Position numbers and translations under genes: made by a program
Shown here: positions 1-8,212 of the stretch, one piece after another
How the letters are laid out: the number at the start of each line of letters is the position of its first letter
Position numbering within the stretch: the first letter of the stretch is position 1
The notes under the pieces: generated by a model
What the model was told of the DNA's origin: nothing
Database searches by the model: none
What the model saw: only the letters and a program-made list of their open reading frames with translations
Assembly: GCA_019661945.1 (NCBI GenBank)
Contig: JAIFWI010000006.1
Location: forward strand, 1 to 63,223
Direction of reading: 5' to 3'
From: Candidatus Parcubacteria bacterium
Lineage (GTDB): Bacteria; Patescibacteriota; Minisyncoccia; Phycocordibacterales; JAKAEA01
DNA length: 63,223 bases

Positions 1-160
1 CTTGGGCTAAGAGGGCCACGGCTTCTTTAGTATTCTTGTCAGCCACAAATTTCTTGAGCTTTTTAACGACGTCATTCATGGTCGATTTTCGGCGTTGGTT
101 GAAAACGCGCTTCTTTTGCGATGAGCGGAGGGCTTTTTTAGCTGATGATGTGATGGGCAT
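1..160 (-). CDS. rpsT: 30S ribosomal protein S20; 3' end cut off by the window edge
   Basis: My reverse translation from the ATG at 160-158 reads MPITSSAKKALRSSQKKRVFNQRRKSTMNDVVKKLKKFVADKNTKEAVALLAQ. This matches the basic S20 N-terminal pattern. It is absent from the ORF track because it is truncated. Confidence 0.8.
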   Translation of the reverse strand, partial: MPITSSAKKALRSSQKKRVFNQRRKSTMNDVVKKLKKFVADKNTKEAVALLAQ

Positions 161-347
161 GGGACGATATTACATTAATTACCTAGAAAAGGCAATGGCA
201 CGGCCTTCAGAAGGATAGAATTTTTAGGTCCTCGGATCTCCTGTCCACGCCTGCTAAATTGCAGTCGAGGCAGGCCAGACCATAAAAATTCTATCATTCT
301 TTTGGCCTTGGCTAGCGCCTAATAGCTAGAAGCTATATACTATCCCT

Positions 348-917
348 ATGATTTCACGCCTCACCGGCACCATCGTGCATGCTGATACCCGCTTTCTGAT
401 TATTGATGTGGGCGGTATTGGTTATAAGGTTTATACCACTGCTGGTATATTAGAGAAAAACCTCTCTGACACCGTCACTTTTTGGACCCATCAGGCTGTG
501 CGCGAAGATGCTTTGGATTTGTATGGCTTCCCCACTAAAGATGAACTGGACTTTTTTGAACTCCTCATTACCATTTCCGGCATTGGTCCGAAATCTGCTT
601 TGAGTATTTTAAATGTGGCTAATCCTGCCACCATCCGCCGAGCTGTGGCCACAGAAGATCCGGCATATCTTTCAAAAACTTCGGGCATTAGCAAAAAGAA
701 TGCTGAAAAAATAGTTCTAGAATTAAAAAATAAATTAGTGGTTACGGGCGATGAAGTTGATGCGGCGCACTACTACGGCTCAGATAGTTTGGAAGCGCTC
801 GTCTCACTTGGCTACAATGAACGCGATGCCCGCGAAGCTTTGAAAAAAGTGCCGAAAGATGTCACCGACACCAGTGAATGTATCAAACACGCTCTTAAAA
901 TTTTGGCAAAAAAATAG
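348..917 (+). CDS. ruvA: Holliday junction branch migration protein RuvA
   Basis: 189 aa. RuvA-like start MISRLTGTIV..IIDVGGIGYKV, HhH segment ISGIGPKSALSIL, and C-terminal domain LGYNERDAREAL. Confidence 0.9.
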   Translation: MISRLTGTIVHADTRFLIIDVGGIGYKVYTTAGILEKNLSDTVTFWTHQAVREDALDLYGFPTKDELDFFELLITISGIGPKSALSILNVANPATIRRAVATEDPAYLSKTSGISKKNAEKIVLELKNKLVVTGDEVDAAHYYGSDSLEALVSLGYNERDAREALKKVPKDVTDTSECIKHALKILAKK

Positions 918-1224
918 ATAAGAAAAAACGCTACCCCTTTTTAGGTGGGCGGCGTTTGAGCTTTTGATTACTAGCGCTCCATGCTCCCGAAGGCCTAACA
1001 TTCGAGTGAGTTGATGGGCATGCTTGACCCCCACCATCTTTACGCAAACATTTTCCTGATGAACCGGCACACACGCCAAGGCAATCATTAGATCTAATGC
1101 ACCCCTGAGGTAGACCTTGCATACAGCACCTCCGCCTGAAAAGAAAAACTAACCACCTTAAGTGTAACTCTTCAATACGACGCGTCAACTCGATTTTATT
1201 TCGCTCTTCCTATATGATACGGAC

Positions 1225-2520
1225 ATGGACAGCATTCTGTACTACATCAAGAAAATCATTCCAAGAAAGATATTCAAGCGAGCCCAGCCGATGTATCACT
1301 ATCTTTTGGCATTCCTTGGAGCTCTCATATATCGCTTCCCTTCTCGACATATAAACGTTATTGCTATTACCGGCACGAAAGGCAAATCGAGCACGACTGA
1401 AATTCTTAACGCAATTCTTGAAGCTGCAGGTAAAAAGACTGCCGTAGCCGGCACAATTAGATTTAAAGTCGGTGACAAGACCTGGGCTAATAAATATAAG
1501 ATGACCATGCCCGGCCGATTTTTTGTCCAGAAATTTTTACGCCAGGCAGTTGATGCACAATGTGAATATGCCATTCTTGAAATGACTTCGGGCGCGGTCA
1601 TGCAATTTAGACACAAATTTATTAATTTCAATTCACTAATATTTCTCAATATTTCACCGGAACACATTGAGCAACACGGCAGTTTTGAAAATTACTTGGC
1701 CGCAAAATTAAAGCTAGCACGAGCACTTGAAAAATCATCCAAGCGTCCGCGAATTATTGTTTCAAATGCGGATGATAAACACGGTGCTCGTTTCTTAGGT
1801 ATTGATGTAGAAGAAAAATATGAATTTCGATTAAAACACGCTGAACCGTATATGTCGGATAGATTTGGATTATATTTTATTTATCGCGGCCGAAATATCC
1901 GAACGCATCTCCAAGGTACATTCAATGTCTACAATATTTTGGCCGCTCTAACTTATGCTTCAACCCAAGGTATTAGTCCTGAAGTGGCCCAAAAAGGCCT
2001 GCAGAAATTAGCAATGATTCCCGGCCGAGTCCAAAAAATTGTTTTGCACAAAGATAATCCTCTAGCTTCAAAACAAGATTTCACTGTAGTAGTTGATTAT
2101 GCCCACACGGTAGATTCTCTTGAAAAAGTGTACGGGGTATTTAAAGATTCTAAAAAGATTTGCGTCATTGGTAATACTGGTGGTGGGCGCGATACCTGGA
2201 AACGTCCAGAGATGGCAAAGATTGCCGATAAATATTGCTCACACATAATTCTAACCAATGAAGATCCGTATGATGAAGATCCTCAAAAGATTTTAAATGA
2301 AATGCTGCCGGGCATTACCGTCAACCGCCATGAAATAATTATGGATCGCCGCCATGCCATTAACCGGGCTATTCGTCTGGCAAAAAGAGATGATACCGTT
2401 CTCATCACCGGCAAAGGCACGGATCCTTATATCATGGGGCCTCGTAATACTAAAATTCCATGGAGTGATGCCAAAGTAGCTGAAGAAGAATTGGAGAAAG
2501 TGCTAGCTGCCAAAAAGTAA
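1225..2520 (+). CDS. Mur ligase family protein (MurE-like UDP-N-acetylmuramyl peptide synthetase)
   Basis: 431 aa. P-loop ITGTKGKSST plus NISPEHIEQHGSFENY and VVDYAHT motifs typical of Mur ligases. The added amino acid cannot be assigned by eye. Confidence 0.8.
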   Translation: MDSILYYIKKIIPRKIFKRAQPMYHYLLAFLGALIYRFPSRHINVIAITGTKGKSSTTEILNAILEAAGKKTAVAGTIRFKVGDKTWANKYKMTMPGRFFVQKFLRQAVDAQCEYAILEMTSGAVMQFRHKFINFNSLIFLNISPEHIEQHGSFENYLAAKLKLARALEKSSKRPRIIVSNADDKHGARFLGIDVEEKYEFRLKHAEPYMSDRFGLYFIYRGRNIRTHLQGTFNVYNILAALTYASTQGISPEVAQKGLQKLAMIPGRVQKIVLHKDNPLASKQDFTVVVDYAHTVDSLEKVYGVFKDSKKICVIGNTGGGRDTWKRPEMAKIADKYCSHIILTNEDPYDEDPQKILNEMLPGITVNRHEIIMDRRHAINRAIRLAKRDDTVLITGKGTDPYIMGPRNTKIPWSDAKVAEEELEKVLAAKK

Positions 2521-3660
2521 ATTGAGTTTGGCCCGCGTAAGAGGACCGACAACACCTGTCTGAGAAATACCATATTTCTTTTGGAATGCTTTCACTCCTC
2601 GCTCCGTGCATGGACCATAGAGACCTACCACACCACAATTATAAACTCCTGTAGTGGTCAATGCCTCCTGAAGGGCTGAGACATCTGTACTTTGCATTTG
2701 TTTTTCGAGATCTATTTTCCAAGTATGTGGTAAATATTTTCTAGCCGCAATCGAAGTAACAGTCCGGCCATATAATTGTCGGTCGCCAAAGAACCGATGC
2801 AGTCCAAGAAATGTTTGATAGGCTAAATCTTTTGTTACTGTTTCTTGAATGTTCAAGTTTCGAAATTGGGGTTCGTAAATATATCCATACTCAACAAGAA
2901 CCGTGGCGGCTTTGGTGACAGTATTACTTGCTCCAATTGCAATAAGATCTTGATCTTCAAGAAGACCTAGGGCCTCGGCTGGATAGGTGCTTTTTTGATT
3001 CTTTAGCAGTAATTCATTAAAGATAGCTTCACCCACAACGGCACTAGCCGGAGCATGATCAAATTGTTTTTCAGGAATATAGACCGAGATACCCGTATAT
3101 TGTCCAGGACCACCCCAGTACCGACCTCCCTCATCATTAACATGCAGGTGAAGAACAATGTCTATATCATTCTCGTTTGCCCATTTATTTATTCCATACA
3201 GACGAATGGCTACTTCAGCATTAGCAGCATTATGCGGCACACTTGATGTTGAGACTATTGCTCCTGATGAAACCTGTGCTCGAAACATCGATCGGCTTTG
3301 AGTAATGAAATCTTGGATTGCCTGCCTATTATTGGCAAAATAATTTTTAAATGTGTCGGTATAGCCCATCTGGGTCCGGGTAATCTCGACTTCAATTCGT
3401 GGATCATGCTTGAGACGATCATAGAGATACTGGCCAATAGCAACAACAACGTCAGACTCACGAATGTTTCCATACTGAGTACCCCAATATTCATCATCAT
3501 GCCCCGGAACGATGAGAACTTTGACCTTGTTTTCTGGTTCTTGAACGGCTGTTTTGTACTTATTTACAATTTCGACTGGAGTTACAGCATGAACAATTGA
3601 GGTTGGACCAATAAGTAGAGAGATGCCCAGCACTAGATATAGTCCACTTCTCTTTTTCAT
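2503..3660 (-). CDS. N-acetylmuramoyl-L-alanine amidase with C-terminal peptidoglycan-binding domain
   Basis: Amidase_3-like pattern (VLIVPGHDDEYWG, VLHLHVNDEGG, GISVYIPE) plus a PG_binding_1-like tail (GVKAFQKKYGISQTGVVGPLT). I moved the start to the MKKRSGLYLVLG signal peptide at 3660 so it no longer overlaps fpg. Confidence 0.75.
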   Translation of the reverse strand: MKKRSGLYLVLGISLLIGPTSIVHAVTPVEIVNKYKTAVQEPENKVKVLIVPGHDDEYWGTQYGNIRESDVVVAIGQYLYDRLKHDPRIEVEITRTQMGYTDTFKNYFANNRQAIQDFITQSRSMFRAQVSSGAIVSTSSVPHNAANAEVAIRLYGINKWANENDIDIVLHLHVNDEGGRYWGGPGQYTGISVYIPEKQFDHAPASAVVGEAIFNELLLKNQKSTYPAEALGLLEDQDLIAIGASNTVTKAATVLVEYGYIYEPQFRNLNIQETVTKDLAYQTFLGLHRFFGDRQLYGRTVTSIAARKYLPHTWKIDLEKQMQSTDVSALQEALTTTGVYNCGVVGLYGPCTERGVKAFQKKYGISQTGVVGPLTRAKLNLLFGS

Positions 3661-3682
3661 AGATATATATAGTATATGTATT

Positions 3683-4594
3683 ATGCCAGAATTACCAGAA
3701 GTCCAAACAACGGTTAATGGAATTAATGACGAGGTCAAGGGCCTTTCTATTACCGATGCCTGGACTGATTACAAAAGTCTCTTTCATGCCAATAAACAGA
3801 ACATTAAAAATCCTGAGTATTTTTCTCAATTTAAAAAAGATGTGGTTAAGGCAAAGATTACCGGCGCCAGCCGCAAAGGTAAGAATGTTCTGATTCATCT
3901 TTCAAATGGCAATACGATTTTAACTCATATGAAAATGACCGGGCATTTTATGTATGGTAAGTATGTATTCGCAAAAAAGAAATGGACGCCTGCGGATCCC
4001 ACCGGGCCACTTGGTGACCCATATAATAGGCATATTCATTTACTTTTTACATTATCTGACAAAAACCATTTGGCCTTTGCAGACCTCAGGAAATTTGCCA
4101 AAGTATTTGTGTTTAAAACAAAAGACGAGCATGAAGTCTTAGACCTGATGCATCTTGGACCCGATCCCCTCTCAAAAAATTTCAGCTATGAACTATTTAA
4201 AGAGAAGATTTTGAAACGCTCGAATGGCAGAATTAAACAAGTGCTTATGGATCAAACATTAATTTCGGGCATCGGTAATATTTATTCTGATGAAATTCTC
4301 TGGAGCGCTAGTGTCCATCCAGAATCAAAGCCAGGAAAGATCCCCGCCACAAATCTTAAAAAGATGTATGAAGCCTCAAAAGAGATCTTAAAGAAAGGCA
4401 TTAACTTCGGCGGCGATTCTGATTCAGATTATCGCAACATTTACGGCGAAAAAGGTAAATTTCAGTCAAAGCACAATGCCTACCGTCGAACCGGTGAAAA
4501 ATGCCCCAAACATGACGGCGGCATCATCGAACGCAAGATGATAGCCGGCCGTTCTGGCCACTTCTGCCCCAAGCACCAGAAGCTCTACAAATAG
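3683..4594 (+). CDS. mutM: Formamidopyrimidine-DNA glycosylase (Fpg/MutM)
   Basis: The internal start gives the canonical MPELPEVQT N-terminus with catalytic Pro2. H2TH region GIGNIYSDEILW and a C-terminal zinc-finger-like CPKH..FCPKH. Confidence 0.85.
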   Translation: MPELPEVQTTVNGINDEVKGLSITDAWTDYKSLFHANKQNIKNPEYFSQFKKDVVKAKITGASRKGKNVLIHLSNGNTILTHMKMTGHFMYGKYVFAKKKWTPADPTGPLGDPYNRHIHLLFTLSDKNHLAFADLRKFAKVFVFKTKDEHEVLDLMHLGPDPLSKNFSYELFKEKILKRSNGRIKQVLMDQTLISGIGNIYSDEILWSASVHPESKPGKIPATNLKKMYEASKEILKKGINFGGDSDSDYRNIYGEKGKFQSKHNAYRRTGEKCPKHDGGIIERKMIAGRSGHFCPKHQKLYK

Positions 4595-4620
4595 TCACAG
4601 ATTTGTACTATAATTAGGGT

Positions 4621-4866
4621 ATGGCAAATCTGGAAAACAACTTGGAGCATACTCCGAAAATAGACACCTCTGAATTAGAAGCAGAAGCTAATTTGAAGCC
4701 TGAAGAATTTGATGGGCTTACTGAAGAGGAAGTAGGTGACCTCTACCGTTTATACCACTCTATCCTTGACGCACATGAGGTCCACGTGAACTCAATTCCT
4801 CCACCTGAAGTCAGAAAAATACTTCGTGAAGAAATTCGTGAAAAAATTAAGTCATTTCGCAAATAA
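4621..4866 (+). CDS. Hypothetical small acidic protein
   Basis: 81-aa ORF in an otherwise empty interval. No recognisable motif. Confidence 0.45.
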   Translation: MANLENNLEHTPKIDTSELEAEANLKPEEFDGLTEEEVGDLYRLYHSILDAHEVHVNSIPPPEVRKILREEIREKIKSFRK

Positions 4867-4867
4867 A

Positions 4868-5353
4868 TTAAATATTCAGTATCCGGAATAAAGCAATCCC
4901 TAGAGAAACAGCAACGTTTAGGGATTCTTTTTTTCCCTTCATCGGAATCTCAGCAATAATGTCAACTTGTTTTAACAAAGATTCAGAAATACCGGTAACT
5001 TCATTGCCGACAATAAAGAGTACGGGAAACTTCGGTTTTACTTTTTTGTAATCAACTGATTTAGGGTCTTGCTCAAGAGCAATAACCTGCGTTACTTTTT
5101 TCTTAAGCTCACGTATTACTAGTAAAGGATTCTTCTTATATTCCCATGGCACAACACTGCCAAGGGAGGTCTTTGAGAACTCTTTGACTTCCCGGCCAAA
5201 GCGGTCAAGCGGTGTTGGAGTGTAGCCTGAGAGGTAGATCTTCGTAATACCAGCAGCATCAGCCGTTCGAAAGATCGAGCCGACATTATAAGTACTGCGG
5301 ATATTGTGAAGTAAAAGATAAGCTTCTTGGGGTTTTTGACGAGTCATGGCCAA
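4868..5353 (-). CDS. SpoU/TrmH family RNA 2'-O-methyltransferase
   Basis: 161 aa. SpoU motifs NVGSIFRTADAAG, GNEVTGIS, IPMKGKKESLNVAVSLGIALF. Confidence 0.8.
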   Translation of the reverse strand: MAMTRQKPQEAYLLLHNIRSTYNVGSIFRTADAAGITKIYLSGYTPTPLDRFGREVKEFSKTSLGSVVPWEYKKNPLLVIRELKKKVTQVIALEQDPKSVDYKKVKPKFPVLFIVGNEVTGISESLLKQVDIIAEIPMKGKKESLNVAVSLGIALFRILNI

Positions 5354-5402
5354 ATACTAGCCTAGAATAGGATTTTTTCAATTTTTTATATACAATCACC
5401 GT

Positions 5403-6767
5403 ATGGATAAAGACCGATATGATTTTGTTCACGCTGAAGTCCCGCTCTGGATGACCTTTGTCTTTTTTGTCATTTTTACTATTGCCGGCGTCGGCTTTTT
5501 TTCTTATTTCAATCGAACTGGTTATACCATCAAGGTTCCCGGCAGTTCATTGATCTCAAACCAGTTTCAATATGGCGCCAATGCGGCTTTGGCTAATGCT
5601 AACTATTTTGGACAGGTAAAAAGCAGCTTCATTTCTTCAAAAGCCGAGTTTATCGAGGCTGACCTCTCAAACATGATAGTGCGGGTCTACAAAGACGGTG
5701 CTATTGTCGAAGAAGTACCAATAAAAACTAAAGGCCGTGAAGGTTCCTGGTGGGAAACGCCGGCCGGTCTTTATAAAGTAGAGAGTAAAGAATCAAATCA
5801 CTTTTCTTCGATTGGAAAAGTCTACCAGCCCTACAGTATGGCTTTTCAGGGAAACTTTTTTATCCATGGCTGGCCATATCATTCTGATGGTACCGAAGTA
5901 GCCAGCACGTATTCCGGTGGTTGCATTCGCCTGACGACCGAAGATGCTAAAAAGATATATGCCCTTGTTTCGGTTGGTACGCCAGTTTTAGTATTTGAAA
6001 AAGATTTTGCTGAAGATTCATTTACCTATACTCATGGACCTGAGTTAACAGCCGACCGATATTTAGTAGCAGATTTGAAAAGCAATTCAGTTATCTTGGA
6101 AAAAGGCCTCGGTGAAAAAGCTTCAATCGCTTCTATTAGCAAACTCGTTACGGGACTTGTGGCTGCAGAATATATTGATTTAGAAAAAGGCGTCCGGATC
6201 ACTGAAAGTATGATTGCTTCAACATCAAAACCTCGACTTAAGCCTGGAGACGAGACAACCGTCTACAATTTGATGTTCCCGTTGCTTATGGAATCATCGA
6301 ATGAGGCGGCTGAGGCCATTGCCCGGCCGCTCGGACGGGACCGTTTTATAGGTCTCATGAATGATAAGGCTATGGCTATCGGTATGAAAAACACTACCTT
6401 TGCCGATCCATCAGGTGTCAGTGCTTATAATATTTCTACAGCAGAAGATCTCTTTGCCTTGGCCAAATATATTTACAACAACCGCAGCTTCTTATTTAAA
6501 ATTACTACCGGCAATCTAACAACCAGCGCCTACGGCAAAACTACGTATCAAAATCTCAGCAACTTCAATCTCATTCCAACAGTGGCTGATACATTTATCG
6601 GCGGCAAAATCGGCAAAGGCACCCAGGCTGGTGAAACATATTTAGGTGTGTTTGAGGTGACGATCAAAGGTGAGAAGCGCCAAATCGCTGTCATTATTCT
6701 CCACTCCGATGAACTCTACAGCGATATGAATATTATCTTCAATTATATCAATTCCGTTTATCCGTAA
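5403..6767 (+). CDS. Fusion protein: YkuD-type L,D-transpeptidase domain plus S11 D-alanyl-D-alanine carboxypeptidase domain
   Basis: N-terminal TM segment. YkuD signature HGWPYHSDG..YSGGCIRL. This is followed by SxxK (ASISKLV), SxN (SSNEAA) and a KTG-like GKIGKG, as in PBP5-type carboxypeptidases. Confidence 0.7.
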   Translation: MDKDRYDFVHAEVPLWMTFVFFVIFTIAGVGFFSYFNRTGYTIKVPGSSLISNQFQYGANAALANANYFGQVKSSFISSKAEFIEADLSNMIVRVYKDGAIVEEVPIKTKGREGSWWETPAGLYKVESKESNHFSSIGKVYQPYSMAFQGNFFIHGWPYHSDGTEVASTYSGGCIRLTTEDAKKIYALVSVGTPVLVFEKDFAEDSFTYTHGPELTADRYLVADLKSNSVILEKGLGEKASIASISKLVTGLVAAEYIDLEKGVRITESMIASTSKPRLKPGDETTVYNLMFPLLMESSNEAAEAIARPLGRDRFIGLMNDKAMAIGMKNTTFADPSGVSAYNISTAEDLFALAKYIYNNRSFLFKITTGNLTTSAYGKTTYQNLSNFNLIPTVADTFIGGKIGKGTQAGETYLGVFEVTIKGEKRQIAVIILHSDELYSDMNIIFNYINSVYP

Positions 6768-6771
6768 GAAT

Positions 6772-7347
6772 TTATTTAGGATCCCAACCGCAAATAATTC
6801 CTCCTGAATCCCAAGGTGTAATTGTCGTAGCCCCTGGCAATACACAACTGTTAGTCGGACCTTCGAGCGCATAGCGAAATAGTATGGTCGGATTGCTTGC
6901 TGACCCAGACACCTGATATTCTGCTCCCCAAAACGGAACATATGCGTTGATAAGAATAGCATTGGGGGTTGCCAGTGAAGGCAAATATTGTCCCAGCTGT
7001 TGATTGAGTGGTGAACCTTCTACACCATAGATTTGAGTAACCATGCCACATCGTCCTGTAACTGCTTGGCCAGAAACAGTGCCTACACTTGGAGATTTAC
7101 CAAGACAGTAGAGCCCAATACCACCGGAAGTATTGGCGACATCATATGGATAAGTACCATACTGGAGATAGTAGAGATTTATAACATTTCGATACTCTCG
7201 GACCGCTTGAATTGTAGCAATATTACGAGCTTTTTTTCGAGCAATATTAAGACTGCCGAATACTACTGAAGATAAAAGTCCGATAATAGAAATGACAACC
7301 AATAATTCAATGAGTGAGAAACCTTTTTTCGTACTGACAGGTATCAT
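6772..7347 (-). CDS. Type IV pilin-like protein (prepilin N-terminal methylation motif)
   Basis: The N-terminus KKGFSLIELLVVISIIGLLSS is the class III signal/pilin motif. Confidence 0.8.
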   Translation of the reverse strand: MIPVSTKKGFSLIELLVVISIIGLLSSVVFGSLNIARKKARNIATIQAVREYRNVINLYYLQYGTYPYDVANTSGGIGLYCLGKSPSVGTVSGQAVTGRCGMVTQIYGVEGSPLNQQLGQYLPSLATPNAILINAYVPFWGAEYQVSGSASNPTILFRYALEGPTNSCVLPGATTITPWDSGGIICGWDPK

Positions 7348-7464
7348 TATTCTTTTATAGTAGCATAAAAACAGAACATCTCGCCAAGAAAAAAGTTTGT
7401 CGTCACAAGTATTTTTCTACTGAAAAATCTCGCGACCCCGCCTCGGCCCGTCGGCCTCCGGCTC

Positions 7465-7507
7465 GGACACGTTTAAAACTTTGTGCCACAAACTTTTAAA
7501 CGTGTCC
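7465..7507 (-). terminator. Long AT-rich hairpin directly after tRNA-Lys (terminator or processing hairpin)
   Basis: Arms ggacacgtttaaaactttgtg (7465-7485) and cacaaacttttaaacgtgtcc (7487-7507) are complementary with one mismatch. The right arm overlaps the tRNA 3' end. Confidence 0.5.
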
Positions 7508-7577
7508 GCCCAGTAGGAATCGAACCTACGACCCTCTGCTTAAAAGGCAGGTGCTCTACCAACTGAGCTATGGGCGG
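7505..7577 (-). tRNA. tRNA-Lys (anticodon UUU)
   Basis: The reverse strand reads CCGCCCA UA GCUC AGUUGGUA GAGC A CCUGC CUUUUAA GCAGA GGGUC GUAGG UUCGAUU CCUAC UGGGCGG A. This is a full cloverleaf with a canonical T-loop; the anticodon loop is CU-UUU-AA. Confidence 0.85.
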
Positions 7578-7630
7578 AATGTACAACGTTTATATCACAA
7601 AAATCACAAAATTAAAAGCTCAGAAATATA

Positions 7631-7670
7631 CGTGCCCGCCCGAAGCTTTAGCGAAGGAGGGGCAGGAATT
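7631..7670 (-). repeat. Intergenic copy of the short GC-rich element family (AGCTTCGG-CGGGC core)
   Basis: The reverse strand cctgcccctccttcgctaaagcttcgggcgggcacg aligns by eye with the in-frame elements in pcrA, holA and polA. Confidence 0.5.
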
Positions 7671-7685
7671 TGGAGAAAAGTCTAA

Positions 7686-8207
7686 CTACTCTATTGTTTT
7701 TTGACACCAAGTTGCAGTCCCTAAATCAAGCGTTGTTTCTGCATTACCACACTTCTGCGCCCCTCCCTCCAAAATCCATATAATGAGAACGCTTTTACAT
7801 AGTTGTCCGGTACTATCATAGGTACAGGTATAGGTACCACCTGAATAGGTTGAACCAAATAGAGAGTACTTCTTGATACTCGGTGCTGGTAATGATGGCA
7901 TGTATCGTAAAAGGATAGTATTTAGAGTAGGACTAACTGGCACTCCACCGCTAAATTCATCCCAGCATCTATTACCACTAAATGTTGCCGCACCAAGACA
8001 AAATGTTCCTGAGCCTGGATCGGGATACTCACCATTATCACTATAGGCCAGAGCAAAAGCATTTTTGTACTGTTGAATTGTCTGAATAGTAACTGCATTT
8101 CTGGCTTTCATCCGAGCAGCATTAAGAGTGGCTAATGTAATCGATGACAAAAGTCCGATAATTGAGATGACTACCAAGAGTTCTATAAGCGTAAAACCTT
8201 TTTTCAC
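7686..8207 (-). CDS. Type IV pilin-like protein
   Basis: N-terminus MKKGFTLIELLVVISIIGLLSS. Confidence 0.8.
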   Translation of the reverse strand: MKKGFTLIELLVVISIIGLLSSITLATLNAARMKARNAVTIQTIQQYKNAFALAYSDNGEYPDPGSGTFCLGAATFSGNRCWDEFSGGVPVSPTLNTILLRYMPSLPAPSIKKYSLFGSTYSGGTYTCTYDSTGQLCKSVLIIWILEGGAQKCGNAETTLDLGTATWCQKTIE

Positions 8208-8212
8208 AGATA

